Assembly: GCA_963840855.1 (NCBI GenBank)
Contig: CAWJBB010000047.1
Coordinates: forward strand, 1-28,037
Reading direction: 5' to 3'
DNA: 28,037 nt
Source: an uncultured delta proteobacterium
GTDB lineage: Bacteria > Desulfobacterota > Binatia > UBA9968
Shown: positions 9,065 to 18,825 of the stretch, piece after piece
How the letters are laid out: the number at the start of each line of letters is the position of its first letter
Position numbering within the stretch: position 1 is the stretch's first letter
The notes under the pieces: model-generated
The model's database searches: none
What the model was told of the DNA's origin: nothing
What the model saw: the letters and a program-made list of their open reading frames with translations, nothing else
Position numbers and translations under genes: made by a program

Positions 9065-9881
9065 ATGTTTGCAAAACTGAAGCATGTGGCAATTGTGAGC
9101 GACCGGTTCACGCTATTGGGCAAGTTTTACGAAGCGCTTTTCGGTATGAAATCGTCCGCTTCTTCTTCGACCGAACCGCGTGGCGCCGCGACAGTCGGAG
9201 ATGGCTACGTCGGCCTAAATATCAATTCGAGAAGTCCCGGCCGGCAATGCGGTCTAGACCACTTTGGCTTCGAGGTCGAGGACGTGGAGACAGTGTTCAC
9301 GCGCCTCAGAGAGAAATATCCAAAGATCAAGGTTCTGCACAGACCCGGCGGCAGGTCCTTCGCGGGAATCAGCACTCACGACCCAGCGGGCAATGTTTTC
9401 GACCTGTCAAAAGGGGTTGGAAAAAGGCGCGGCGTTTACGAGGAAGGCGAATGGAAGCAAGAACGTTACCTCAACCACTTGGCGCTCAGAACCGTGATTC
9501 CCGAGATCGTGGCAGAGTTCTACACGGAAGTTTTTGAGCTGGTCGCTTTGGAAAAGCCTGCCGGTGATCCCAACTATTATCTGACCGATGGAAGATTGAC
9601 TCTTACAATCATGCCCTGGGACATTACGGATTACCTCGGGATCCGGGATTGAAAGGCCAGCGTTGGACCACTTGGGCTTCCAAGTAGAGAGCGTTGCGGC
9701 ATTTCAAGGGGATCTCGCCGCCTTGGTGGACCGCGATCCGTCTCTTGCGCCAAGGCGGGCGCGCAAAGATTCCGAGGGAGAAGCGCGGCAGCGACTTTTC
9801 TCGACATGTCCGCACGGAATGTTGCATCTCGCCGATCCCGACGGCATCCTGATCGATGTGACGGACAAGATGAGAATTTAA
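9065..9881 (+). CDS. Two-domain VOC/glyoxalase family protein, split by a frameshift near 9640
   Basis: LKHVAI..FYEALFGM; LDHFGFEV; HDPAGNVFDL; LNHLAL. Removing one G from CTCGGGATCC gives ...YLGSGIERPALDHLGFQV...LADPDGILIDV*, which joins ORFs 9065-9652 and 9663-9881. Confidence 0.8.
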
Positions 9882-9921
9882 AAGCCCTCCAGCGCCGGTG
9901 GCACTATGCGGGCGGTTTTTC

Positions 9922-9951
9922 TTGACGCCCTTGACTGCCCTGTTCTAAAGT
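9922..9951 (+). promoter_or_regulatory. Putative sigma70 promoter for the binding protein/amidohydrolase operon
   Basis: TTGACG-N18-TAAAGT, 40 nt upstream of ATG 9991. Confidence 0.4.
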
Positions 9952-9990
9952 CTCGCTCGGTATGCACCGAAACTCGGAAAGGCGCGTGGT

Positions 9991-11028
9991 ATGAAACTGA
10001 GAATTTTCCCATGGGCTGCGGCATTGGCGGCGATGTATATCGTCTTGTCCGCATTCATGTTCTCCAGTGCATGGGGACAATCCGAACACACCAAGCGCCT
10101 TATCGAAGGGGCGAAAAAGGAAGGAAAATTACTCTGGTATACGGCGCTCAATATCAATGATGCGACGATGCTCACCAAGCGCTTCGAGCAGCTCTATCCC
10201 TTCATTAAAACCGAAACACTGCGTTTGGGTGGAAGAGAGTTGGTGACGAAGATACTCATGGAGGCGAACACCCGGGTTTTCAGAGCCGACGTAATCGAAT
10301 CCGTGAGCATCGACGGGCATATACTCAAAAAGAAGGGCCTCTTGGAAAAGTATATTTCCCCCGAGGCCAGCGCCTATCCGGCCTCCGTGAAAGATCCCGA
10401 TGGAACCTGGACCAGCTTCTTCATCAACACCCACGTGCTCGTGCACAATACGAATCTGGTGAAGAAGGATGAGGTTCCGCGCACCTATGAAGAGCTCATC
10501 AATCCCAAATGGAAGGGAAAGATTGTCATCCGCGACGACGATTTTCCCACTTTTGGCATGATGCTCAGAGTCATGGGAAAAGAGAAAGGCCTCGACTTCA
10601 TGCGCCGCCTCGCCGCTCAGGGCGTCGAGTTACGCTCCGGCAGCACATTGGCTATTCAAGATATTTCCGCAGGAGCCGCTCCCCTGGGGATGAACCTGTA
10701 CGGCACGCGGGTCGAGGAGCTGAAGAAAAAGCAGGCCCCCATCGATTGGACACCCATGGAGTTCGTGATCGTCAGCATCGAACCGTTGTCCGTGGCCGCA
10801 AAAGCGCCGCATCCGAACGCCGCTCGTCTGTTCGTCGACTTTCTGCTCTCGAAGGAAGGCCAAGGTTTGATGCGGGACCGGAGTCGTATCCCCTCGCGGC
10901 CTGATGTTCCGCCGGACCCGCCGCAGCTCACGCAGGGTTTAAAGCTAACCTCAACGGATCTATCTCTAGCCGAGGAGGCGGATCAGATTGCCAAAGACTA
11001 TTATGAAATATTTCGCATCGGCAAGTGA
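9991..11028 (+). CDS. ABC transporter extracellular solute-binding protein (Fe3+/AfuA-FbpA-like)
   Basis: Signal peptide; GAKKEGKLLWYT; PRTYEELINPKWKGKI; APHPNAARLFVDFLLSKEGQ. Confidence 0.88.
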   Translation: MKLRIFPWAAALAAMYIVLSAFMFSSAWGQSEHTKRLIEGAKKEGKLLWYTALNINDATMLTKRFEQLYPFIKTETLRLGGRELVTKILMEANTRVFRADVIESVSIDGHILKKKGLLEKYISPEASAYPASVKDPDGTWTSFFINTHVLVHNTNLVKKDEVPRTYEELINPKWKGKIVIRDDDFPTFGMMLRVMGKEKGLDFMRRLAAQGVELRSGSTLAIQDISAGAAPLGMNLYGTRVEELKKKQAPIDWTPMEFVIVSIEPLSVAAKAPHPNAARLFVDFLLSKEGQGLMRDRSRIPSRPDVPPDPPQLTQGLKLTSTDLSLAEEADQIAKDYYEIFRIGK

Positions 11029-11031
11029 GGG

Positions 11032-12563
11032 ATGACCGTGGAATTCATCACGCGCGGAAAGTTTGTTTTGACCAATCACAGCCGTTATGGAAGCGATGGG
11101 ATTTTGGCGGACGGGGCGGTCTATGTTTCAGGGCAGCAAATCGTAGAAGTCGCTCCCTACCGCGACCTTAAAGCCGCATACCCAAATGCCCCAGTTATCG
11201 GCTCGCCTGAATTCTGGGTAACGCCGGGCTTCGTTAGCGCACACCAGCACGGCAAGGGCCTTACCAGCTATCAGTTGGGAGGCTTGGATGACTGCCTGGA
11301 GCTGCGCGTGTCCACCCCGCCGCAGGCGAAGGTGGACAATTATCTCGATACCCTCTACGGCTGCGCGCAGATGATCGAAGCGGGCGTCACCTGTTGCATA
11401 CACTATAATTCGAGCCGCGGGCCGGCCCAATACGAAACCGACATCGAAGAGCGCATGCGCGCGTACCGCGAAGCGGGCCTGCGCGTCTCCTTCGGACTCG
11501 ATATCCGAAACCGCAACTATCTCGTTTACGGGGACGACGAGTTTTATCCCAGCCTTCCCGAGCAACTCCGGGAGAGGGCGCGGCAGGAATATGCCAAGCC
11601 GCGCACCGCGGCTCCCGATGACTATTTTCGTCTGGCACGGCGCCTCTCCGGAACTATCGAAAGAGAGAGCGGCGGGCGGATAAAGATTCTTCTTACTCCC
11701 GCCGGGCCGCAGTGGTGCACGGAAGACCTCTTGAGAGCCATTAGCCGGGAGGCCCAGGAAAAGCAGCTCGGCGTGCAAATGCACGTACTCGAGACCAAAT
11801 ACCAGCGCTCATATTTCTCGCGGGCGTATGGTCAAAGCGCGGTTCAATGGCTGGATCACATGGGCTTCCTCGGCCCGCGAACCAGCCTTGCTCATGGCGT
11901 TTGGCTCAGCCGTGAAGACGCGGCGATCCTGGCCAAGAGAGGAACCCCGCTGGTGCACAATCCCAGCTCCAATCTACGGCTGAAAAGCGGCATCGCGCCG
12001 ATCGCGATGCTGCATGAGGTCGGGGTGCCCCTTGCCCTTGGCCTCGATAGCAGCACGTTGAACGACGAGCCCGATATTCTGCAGGAGATGCGGCTCTGCG
12101 CCAATCTGCAAAGGGTTCCGGGAGTCGATGCGAAACTGGTGCCTTTGAAAGAGATTTTCCGTATGGGTACGGTAAATGGATCACAAGCCCTCGGTTGGGG
12201 AGGGTTCGCCGGAAGATTGGAACCCGGCAAGCGCGCCGACCTGGTTTTACTCGACGCTAGATCGTTCTCTCAGCCCTACCTGGCCGACCAGCAAAATCCT
12301 ATCGATACTCTCATCACAAGGGGAAAGAGCAGCGCGGTGGACACCGTCATTGTGGACGGAGAAATCCTCTACCAGGGGAAAAATCATCTTCGTCTCCAGC
12401 CCAAACAGATCGTCGAAAGCCTGCGAAAGACCGTGATCCCGCCGGCACCGGGAAAAATCGACGATCCTCGGCGACGAGCTTCTTGCCTTACGTGGTTCGT
12501 TACTACCAATCCTGGGACAAAGACGAGCTCGCGCCGTTTCATCAAGTCAACAGCATGATTTAG
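11032..12563 (+). CDS. Amidohydrolase family, MTA/SAH deaminase / AtzA-like subgroup; C-terminus probably frameshifted
   Basis: PGFVSAHQH; MHVLET; LAHGVW; HNPSSNLRLKSG; LGLDS; GRLEPGKRADLVL. As read, the ORF stops at 12558. Two single-base corrections near 12468-12482 give ...DLGDELLPYVVRYYQSWDKDELAPFHQVNSMI* ending at 12563. Confidence 0.85.
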
Positions 12564-12579
12564 TCGTTTAGGAGGAATC

Positions 12580-13717
12580 GTGGCACGCCTAGCACTGACA
12601 GACGCTTACATAATGATCGGCACCGGCGACGTGCTTAATAAGGGCACGATTCTCATCCGGGACGCCCGGATTGAGGCAATCGGGACCAACGTCCGCGTGC
12701 CGGCGGATGCGGAAGCCTGGAGTCTCAAGGACAAGGTGATCATTCCCGGCATGATCGACGCTCACACGCATCTCGGGCTTACGCAGGACGGGGTGGGCGC
12801 CGCCCAGAGCGACGAGGACGAGGTCGACGATCCCATCGTGCCGCACCTGCAGAGCGATCGACGCGATCAATCCCGAGGATATAGCATTCAAGGACGCTCT
12901 TCGCGGCGGCGTTACCACTGTGGGAGTTATGCCCGGCAGTCACAACGTGATCTGCGGACAGCCTGCCGCGGTCAAGGTCACGGGGTCGACCGTAGAAAAA
13001 ATGGTCGTGCGCGCGCCCGTGGGGATGAAGATCGCCTTCGGCGAGCGGCCTAAAAACGCCTACGGATCGCGCAAAAGAAGCCCAATGACCCGCATGGGAA
13101 TCGCAGCTATCCTGCGCGAAGCTCTGGTGAAGGTGGCAAACTACTCGAAAAAGAACGGCGCCGAACGCAATCTGCGCATGGAAGCCATGATACCTGTGAT
13201 GAAAAAACAGCTACCGCTCAGAGCCCACGCGCATCGCATCGACGATATTATGACCGCCGTGCGCATCGCCAAGGAATTCGGTCTGAGGCTGGTTATCGAG
13301 CATGGCACCGATGCTTACAAGGTTGCGGCGGAGTTGGCCGATGCAAAAGTTCCGGTGGTGCACGGTCCCTGGATCAAAGTTCGCGGCAACCTCGAACAAT
13401 CGGGACGAGTGCCCGACTCGCCCCGACTTTTGATTCAAAGCGGAGTGTTGACCGCCTTTTCGACAGATCATCCGGTGATTGCGATTCAAAATCTCCGGCT
13501 GCAAGCCATTTCAGCGGTGGAGGAAGGGGTTTCCCAGCAAGACGCGCTGAAAGCGATCACCTGGAACCACGCCCAGATCATGGGCATCGCGGACCGAGTC
13601 GGCAGCCTCGAAAAAGGCAAGGATGCCGATCTGGTCGTTCTCTCCGGACCTCCGTTCGACAGTGCGACCAAAGTCGAGGCCGTGATCGTCAACGGCCAGG
13701 TGGCCTGGCGCCGTTGA
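12580..13717 (+). CDS. Amidohydrolase family protein (imidazolonepropionase/HutI-like superfamily), frameshifted near 12850
   Basis: AGGAGG RBS and GTG 12580; PGMIDAHTHLG. A one-base correction gives PHLRAIDAINPED.AFKDALRGGVTTVGVMPGS, which joins ORF 12920-13717 (MKIAFGERP, HAHR.DDI, EHG, STDHPV, GSLEKGKDADLVV). Confidence 0.85.
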
Positions 13718-13732
13718 TCGCTTTCGCACCGG

Positions 13733-14001
13733 GGCGACCACCGGCACGGCGCCGACATGGGCAAAGCTAACTTCGCCCGCAATCAGAGACTGTACCACCG
13801 TGGCCGAACTTCCAACCTGGATATTCTCGACGTCCAAGCCGTGTTTTTTGTAGATGCCGCCGTTGATCGCAACTTGAATATGATCCGAGGTACCATTATG
13901 TTGGCGACGCGGATTTTGGTGATTGGCTGGGCAGAAACATGCGCGGTGCCGGCGGCGACCAAAACCGCACAAAGCGCTATGAGCCAAAACCACCGGAGCA
14001 T
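13733..14001 (-). pseudogene. Truncated, frameshifted NMT1/SsuA-type ABC solute-binding protein (N-terminal ~90 codons only)
   Basis: ATG 14001 gives MLRWFWLIALCAVLVAAGTAHVSAQPITKIRVA. After a frame change near 13895 it reads HIQVAINGGIYKKHGLDVENIQVGSSATVVQSLIAGEVSFAHVG. Similarity ends about 16 nt from the stop codon of the convergent amidohydrolase. Confidence 0.75.
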
Positions 14002-14042
14002 GATTTCTAACTTGACAGAGGATTTCATTTGATGGAAATTCA

Positions 14043-14597
14043 TTAAAAAAATTCGATCATCCCCAGCTTGGTAAAGCGAAACCGCTCATGCGCCGACGCC
14101 GGCAAGATCGTCATCTGATGAATCGCGTACTCATGTTCGTAGTTTCGCTTGGCGTTGACCCCGTCGAGCGGTATGATCACGTCGTAACGAAAGATCCGCG
14201 CCGCCGTCGTCGCGGTGTAGAGCACGGCGAAATTCGTCGCCGAGCCGACAATGATTAGAGACCGGCAATTCCGTTTGTCCAATTCCGCCTTGAGCGTCCC
14301 ATCCATAAATTTGTCGAAGGCGTCCGGATAGAGGACTGGTTCCGATTCTCGCCGCTCAAGCGGCGCGGCGACTTGACCGAGCGGTGTCCCCTTGCCGGCT
14401 GCGGAGATAGTGTAAAGAATCGGCACCGAAGCTTGCCGGGCGCGCTCGAGGAATTCAGCGAGGGGGTGCATCAACTTCGAACAGACTTCCTGCGGATTTT
14501 CACAGCGGCGGCTCAAGTCAAGCACGGCGATCGAAGTCGTCTTACTCTCGAGTTTTATCGGCTGCGGCTCCGGCCGGTTAGGTCCTTCCTGTGTCAT
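14043..14597 (-). CDS. Isochorismatase/cysteine hydrolase fold protein with a non-canonical active site
   Basis: TSIAVLDL; FLERARQASVPILYT; LIIVGSATNFAVLYTA..A....YDVIIPLDG. Start at ATG 14597 after GAGGAG. Confidence 0.8.
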   Translation of the reverse strand: MTQEGPNRPEPQPIKLESKTTSIAVLDLSRRCENPQEVCSKLMHPLAEFLERARQASVPILYTISAAGKGTPLGQVAAPLERRESEPVLYPDAFDKFMDGTLKAELDKRNCRSLIIVGSATNFAVLYTATTAARIFRYDVIIPLDGVNAKRNYEHEYAIHQMTILPASAHERFRFTKLGMIEFF

Positions 14598-14850
14598 TTG
14601 AATTCTCCTCGACGAAATCGGTATCCAACAGCACCGCGCAGGACGGGCAGTAAATTTGGCGCAGCAGATACTGGCCATTCAGGTCGGACATGAGACTGCC
14701 CGCCGTTGTCGGCGGCAGAAGACGTACTTTACAGAATTGCCGCCAGTCCTCGCCGGCGCGGCAATGTTTGCGTTGACACTTGCCGCAACGAACCCATTCC
14801 GTCCCGTCTAGAATCGCGATCTCCAGATTTGCCCTTAGCGGATGATTCAT
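14578..14850 (-). CDS. Acetone carboxylase gamma-subunit-like Zn-binding protein
   Basis: VRCGKC...NWR-like 'DWRQFC'...LRQIYCPSCAVLLDTD (two CxxC pairs). Its ATG overlaps the stop codon of hydantoinase B. Confidence 0.8.
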   Translation of the reverse strand: MNHPLRANLEIAILDGTEWVRCGKCQRKHCRAGEDWRQFCKVRLLPPTTAGSLMSDLNGQYLLRQIYCPSCAVLLDTDFVEENSNDTGRT

Positions 14851-16682
14851 TTCGGCTCCTGGAGGCGGTCTTGCCGCAGCCTCACGCGCAGCTTATCGGT
14901 CGCCGCCAGGTCTAACACGAGATCATCTCTTTCGAGCACCACACCGTAAATTTCCCCGGCTTCGGCGCGCGAGACGATGCCGTTTTCGACGTCGTTCAGC
15001 ACGCGCTCAGGCTCGCGCTCCAGAGGATCGCCATAGCCGCCCCCGCTCGACATGCGCATGTAGAGCACGTCGTTCTTGCCGATGTCGAATTCACAGTAGG
15101 GCAATAGCCGGCCGCTGCCACCGACATCGTCGAGCTGGTCCGGCGATTTGTCTGCAGCGATCAATTCGGCCACCCGGGTCCCTTCCTTGAGCATGAGCAG
15201 GCTCGGCGCGCCGGGATAACCGCCGAACATTCCCTGGCCCGAATTTCTAAGACCCGCCACTCCCAACGCCACCCCTTTGATCTTACCCTCGGGCGCATCG
15301 TGCACCGTGAGCGCCGACTCGCCGCCGGTGCCGCCGCGATATCTGCCCGCCCCTGCGCCGCCTTTGGTATTGCGGCGAAACAAGTAGAGCAGCGGGAAAT
15401 TTGCTTCGAGCCACTCTATGTTATGGCAACTGAGGCCCCGCCCGGTATCGTCGCCATCCTTGTAGGACCGCGCCCCGGTGCCATCCAGCGCGCCTTCGGA
15501 CAGCGTCGATACGTAGTACTTGCCGTGTTGATTGACCCCGGCGTGGCGCGCCAACCGATGGCCGGCGTTGAGCGCCATGACTTCGCCCCGCCATTTTTCG
15601 CTGGTGGCGAGCATTTGCATGATCGCCGAGTTGGCGACGAACTTTACCGTCGCGCCGCCCGAAGTGGTATTGAGAGAAACCGGCGCCGGCGGCGTCGGAT
15701 TCACCACAGTTCCCTCTGGCGCGATCACTTCGATGGGTTTCAGCGCGCCGTGGTTCTTCGGCAGATCGTAGGCGAGGGTGCAGAGCATCGCCTCGTAACA
15801 AGCGCCGAAGGTCGCATGGTAAGGCAGGTTGATGCCTTTCTTGGCCTGCGGGCTGCTGCCGGTGAAGTCGAAAAGCAGGCGGTCGTTTTTTTTGTTGAGC
15901 GTCACGTGCACTTTCCAGGTGTCGCCGGCGTGAATAGTGCCGGTGTCGCTCCATGTCCCATCGGGAATCTCGGCGATGCGTTTACGCAGAATCGCCTCGG
16001 AATAGTGCAGCATTTCTTGCGACACCGCGGTGACCAGCTCGGCGCCGAACTGCTCGTAGAGCGCCTGGATGCGCGACTTCGCCACGTTGTTCGCCGCAAT
16101 CTCGCACTTGAGATCAAGGCCGACCATCACCGGCTGGCGCGTCATGTTGATGAATGCATCGAAGAAATCTTTTCTCAGCTCGCCGCGGTCGACCAACTTG
16201 ATGCCGGGAATGCGAATGCCTTCGTGGCAGATCTCGGTAGCGCCTGGCGAGTTGCCGCCAGGCGACATCGCGCCGATATCCATCACGTGGACGAAGGTCG
16301 CGCTCCAGCCAACCAGCCGGCCCGTGAAGTGAATCGGCGAAATCATGTAAACATCCGACTGATGGATCGCCGCGAGATAGGGATCATTGAGGAGAAAAAT
16401 ATCGTCGGGGTTGATGCCGCCGTTATTTTCAAACCTCTCGATGATGCGCTTGACGGCAAAGCCGGCGCAGGCAACATGCCAACCCATCGAATCCCCCGCC
16501 GACAGCACGTCACCGTTGGCGAGGTAAAGCGATGCCATGTAGTCGTGCATCTGCGTCGTGTTTACCGTGCCGCCGACGCGCTCCAGCGCCGTGCCCATTT
16601 CCCTGGCGATCTGGTAGAGCCGGTGCGAAAGAATTTCGAAAGTGATCGGATCGACGCTCGAGATGATCGGATTGACCGGCAT
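14847..16682 (-). CDS. Hydantoinase B/oxoprolinase family (acetone carboxylase alpha-like subunit)
   Basis: DPITFEIL; NDPY.AAIHQSD; HVMDIG; EGIRIP; DFTGSSPQ; GAGRYRGG; GGGYGDPLER. Confidence 0.93.
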   Translation of the reverse strand: MPVNPIISSVDPITFEILSHRLYQIAREMGTALERVGGTVNTTQMHDYMASLYLANGDVLSAGDSMGWHVACAGFAVKRIIERFENNGGINPDDIFLLNDPYLAAIHQSDVYMISPIHFTGRLVGWSATFVHVMDIGAMSPGGNSPGATEICHEGIRIPGIKLVDRGELRKDFFDAFINMTRQPVMVGLDLKCEIAANNVAKSRIQALYEQFGAELVTAVSQEMLHYSEAILRKRIAEIPDGTWSDTGTIHAGDTWKVHVTLNKKNDRLLFDFTGSSPQAKKGINLPYHATFGACYEAMLCTLAYDLPKNHGALKPIEVIAPEGTVVNPTPPAPVSLNTTSGGATVKFVANSAIMQMLATSEKWRGEVMALNAGHRLARHAGVNQHGKYYVSTLSEGALDGTGARSYKDGDDTGRGLSCHNIEWLEANFPLLYLFRRNTKGGAGAGRYRGGTGGESALTVHDAPEGKIKGVALGVAGLRNSGQGMFGGYPGAPSLLMLKEGTRVAELIAADKSPDQLDDVGGSGRLLPYCEFDIGKNDVLYMRMSSGGGYGDPLEREPERVLNDVENGIVSRAEAGEIYGVVLERDDLVLDLAATDKLRVRLRQDRLQEPK

Positions 16683-16685
16683 AGT

Positions 16686-18788
16686 TCAAGCTCCTAGATG
16701 AATTCTAATATTGAAATACTCGTCCATGGCGGCGCGGTCGTTGGGATTGACCACGATAGTCGTGACGGGAGTCTCGACGATTGCCGGGCCGTCGAACTCA
16801 ACCCCCGGTTGCATCCTGGTGAAGTCATAAACTTCCGTGGGCACGAATTTTCCTTCTTCCTCGAAGTATACATCGCGCCGGCCCTTGAGAGCGTGCGCGC
16901 CATCGGACCTTTGTACCCGCTCGGCCTTGATATCCGGCTTTTTGAGCAAGCCCGTCGCGGTGAGCCGAAATGTCAGTATTTCTTTCCCCGCTTCGCGATA
17001 CCCTGAGCCCTGGCCGAAAGCTTTCTCGTACTGGTCGTCGAAAAGCGCGTAGAAGCTCTCCATCTCTTCGGCCGTGATCGCCGTTGCTCCCGCCGGGAAA
17101 GGCACGTTAAGCTCATGCACCTGATAACGATAGCGCATGTCGACGCTGCGGTTGACCAAAACATCGCTTTCCGCAAAACCGGCCGCGCGCAGATCGCTGA
17201 GCGCCCGTAGCAAAAGCCCCGAAAAGTTTTCGTTTACCCGCGTGGTCTCGACGGGCACGACGACGTGATCTGATTTGCCATATTCATAGGCCACATCGGA
17301 GCTGATGAGCCCGGTGGCGCCGTGCACCGAAGCCGTTAAAGGAACCACCACCTGGCGGATGCCCAACTCCGCGGCGTAGCGGCTCGCGTGCACCGGCGCG
17401 GCGCCGCCGAAGGCGAACAGCACAAAGTTGCGCGGATCGTGGCCTTTTTCAACGGTCGCTTTGCGGATCAAATCGCTCATATGCGAGTTGGCAATGCGGT
17501 AAATACCGCTCGCCGCTTCCACTTCGGTCATTTTGAGTGGCTTGGCGATTTTTTCCCGGACCGCCTCCATCGTCTTCGCTTTGTTTAGTTTCATCCGGCC
17601 GCCGAGAAAATAATTCTCGTTGAGATAGCCCAACACCAAGTCAGCATCGGAAACCGTCGGCTCTTTGCCGCCGACGTCGTAGCAGACCGGTCCGGGCAAC
17701 GCGCCGGCGCCCTGGGGCCCGACTTTGAGCAGGCCGGTATCGGGATCGATCCACGCGATGCTGCCGCCACCTGCGCCGATGGATTCCACCCAGATCTTGG
17801 TCGAGAGAATGCTGTGACGCAGGATGACCGGTTTGTAATCCCGCTCGATCACCCCGTCGCGCACGACGCTGACTTTAAAGGTCGTGCCGCCCATGTCGGT
17901 GGCCAGGATATTCTTTTCCCCGATACGTTCGCCTAAAAATCGCGTGCCGACGATGCCCGCCGCCGGACCGGACTCGATGATACCGACGGCATTTTTGCAC
18001 GTGGCCCCGACGCCCAGCACACCACCATAGGCCTGCATGATCAGCGGCTCGCGCTCCAGCCCCTTGCTGTGGAGAATGTGCTGCAGATTTTTTAGATAAC
18101 TTGAAATCTTTGGCCCAATGTATGCGTTGAAGACGGTGGTCGCTGATCTCTCGTATTCGCCGAGGTACGGGGCCACTTCACTGGACAGGGTAAAGAACAG
18201 CTCGGGATAATTATTCTTGATCATCTCCGCCAGCTGCTGTTCATGGCTATCGTTCATGATCGACCAGAGCAAGCAGACTGCGATGGACTCGGCGCCCTTT
18301 GAGACCAAACGATCGATGGCCTGCTGGGCGGCTTGCACATCGAGCCGAATCAATTCCTGGCCTTTGTAATCGATGCGTTCCGGCACCTCTTCGACCATCT
18401 TCCGCGGCACGAAAGGTTCGGGCTTGTCGAGGGCCGAACGGTGGGCGATCTCATTTTCAGTGAGCCCCTCGGCGATCTTGCCGCGCATCATGTGCAGGGT
18501 GTCGCCGAATCCCTTTGTCGCAATCAGCCCGGTCTTGGCGCCGGCGCGCGTGATCAACGTGTTATCGCCGACGGTACAGGCGTGAAAAAACAATCGCGTC
18601 GCGGCCAACAATTCATCGGCATTCTTCAGCCCGATATTTTGCGCGGCGTCGCCGGCGGCATCTAGCGCCCCCTGAGAAAAATCAGCAGGCGTCGACAGCG
18701 ACTTGCCGATGGTCACTTTTCCGCCTTCATCCACCGCCACGCAATCGGTAAAAGTCCCCCCGATATCGACTCCGACGACATAATTCAT
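16686..18788 (-). CDS. Hydantoinase A/oxoprolinase family ATP-binding subunit (acetone carboxylase beta-like)
   Basis: GVDIGGTFTD; GEYERSATTVFNAY; ESGPAAG; DMGGTT; IGAGGGSIAW; VGPQGAGALPGPVCY; FGGAAPVH; DMRYRYQVHE. Confidence 0.95.
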   Translation of the reverse strand: MNYVVGVDIGGTFTDCVAVDEGGKVTIGKSLSTPADFSQGALDAAGDAAQNIGLKNADELLAATRLFFHACTVGDNTLITRAGAKTGLIATKGFGDTLHMMRGKIAEGLTENEIAHRSALDKPEPFVPRKMVEEVPERIDYKGQELIRLDVQAAQQAIDRLVSKGAESIAVCLLWSIMNDSHEQQLAEMIKNNYPELFFTLSSEVAPYLGEYERSATTVFNAYIGPKISSYLKNLQHILHSKGLEREPLIMQAYGGVLGVGATCKNAVGIIESGPAAGIVGTRFLGERIGEKNILATDMGGTTFKVSVVRDGVIERDYKPVILRHSILSTKIWVESIGAGGGSIAWIDPDTGLLKVGPQGAGALPGPVCYDVGGKEPTVSDADLVLGYLNENYFLGGRMKLNKAKTMEAVREKIAKPLKMTEVEAASGIYRIANSHMSDLIRKATVEKGHDPRNFVLFAFGGAAPVHASRYAAELGIRQVVVPLTASVHGATGLISSDVAYEYGKSDHVVVPVETTRVNENFSGLLLRALSDLRAAGFAESDVLVNRSVDMRYRYQVHELNVPFPAGATAITAEEMESFYALFDDQYEKAFGQGSGYREAGKEILTFRLTATGLLKKPDIKAERVQRSDGAHALKGRRDVYFEEEGKFVPTEVYDFTRMQPGVEFDGPAIVETPVTTIVVNPNDRAAMDEYFNIRIHLGA

Positions 18789-18825
18789 GATGCGGTATGC
18801 CTCGATGCGCGCGCGAGTCTATCAA

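Noticed and set aside
14598-14678. Longer start for the isochorismatase ORF
   Set aside because: It overlaps the gamma-subunit gene, and the RBS supports ATG 14597.
15300-16697. 465-aa plus-strand ORF
   Set aside because: Antisense shadow of hydantoinase B, with no recognisable motifs. Such ORFs are common in GC-rich DNA.
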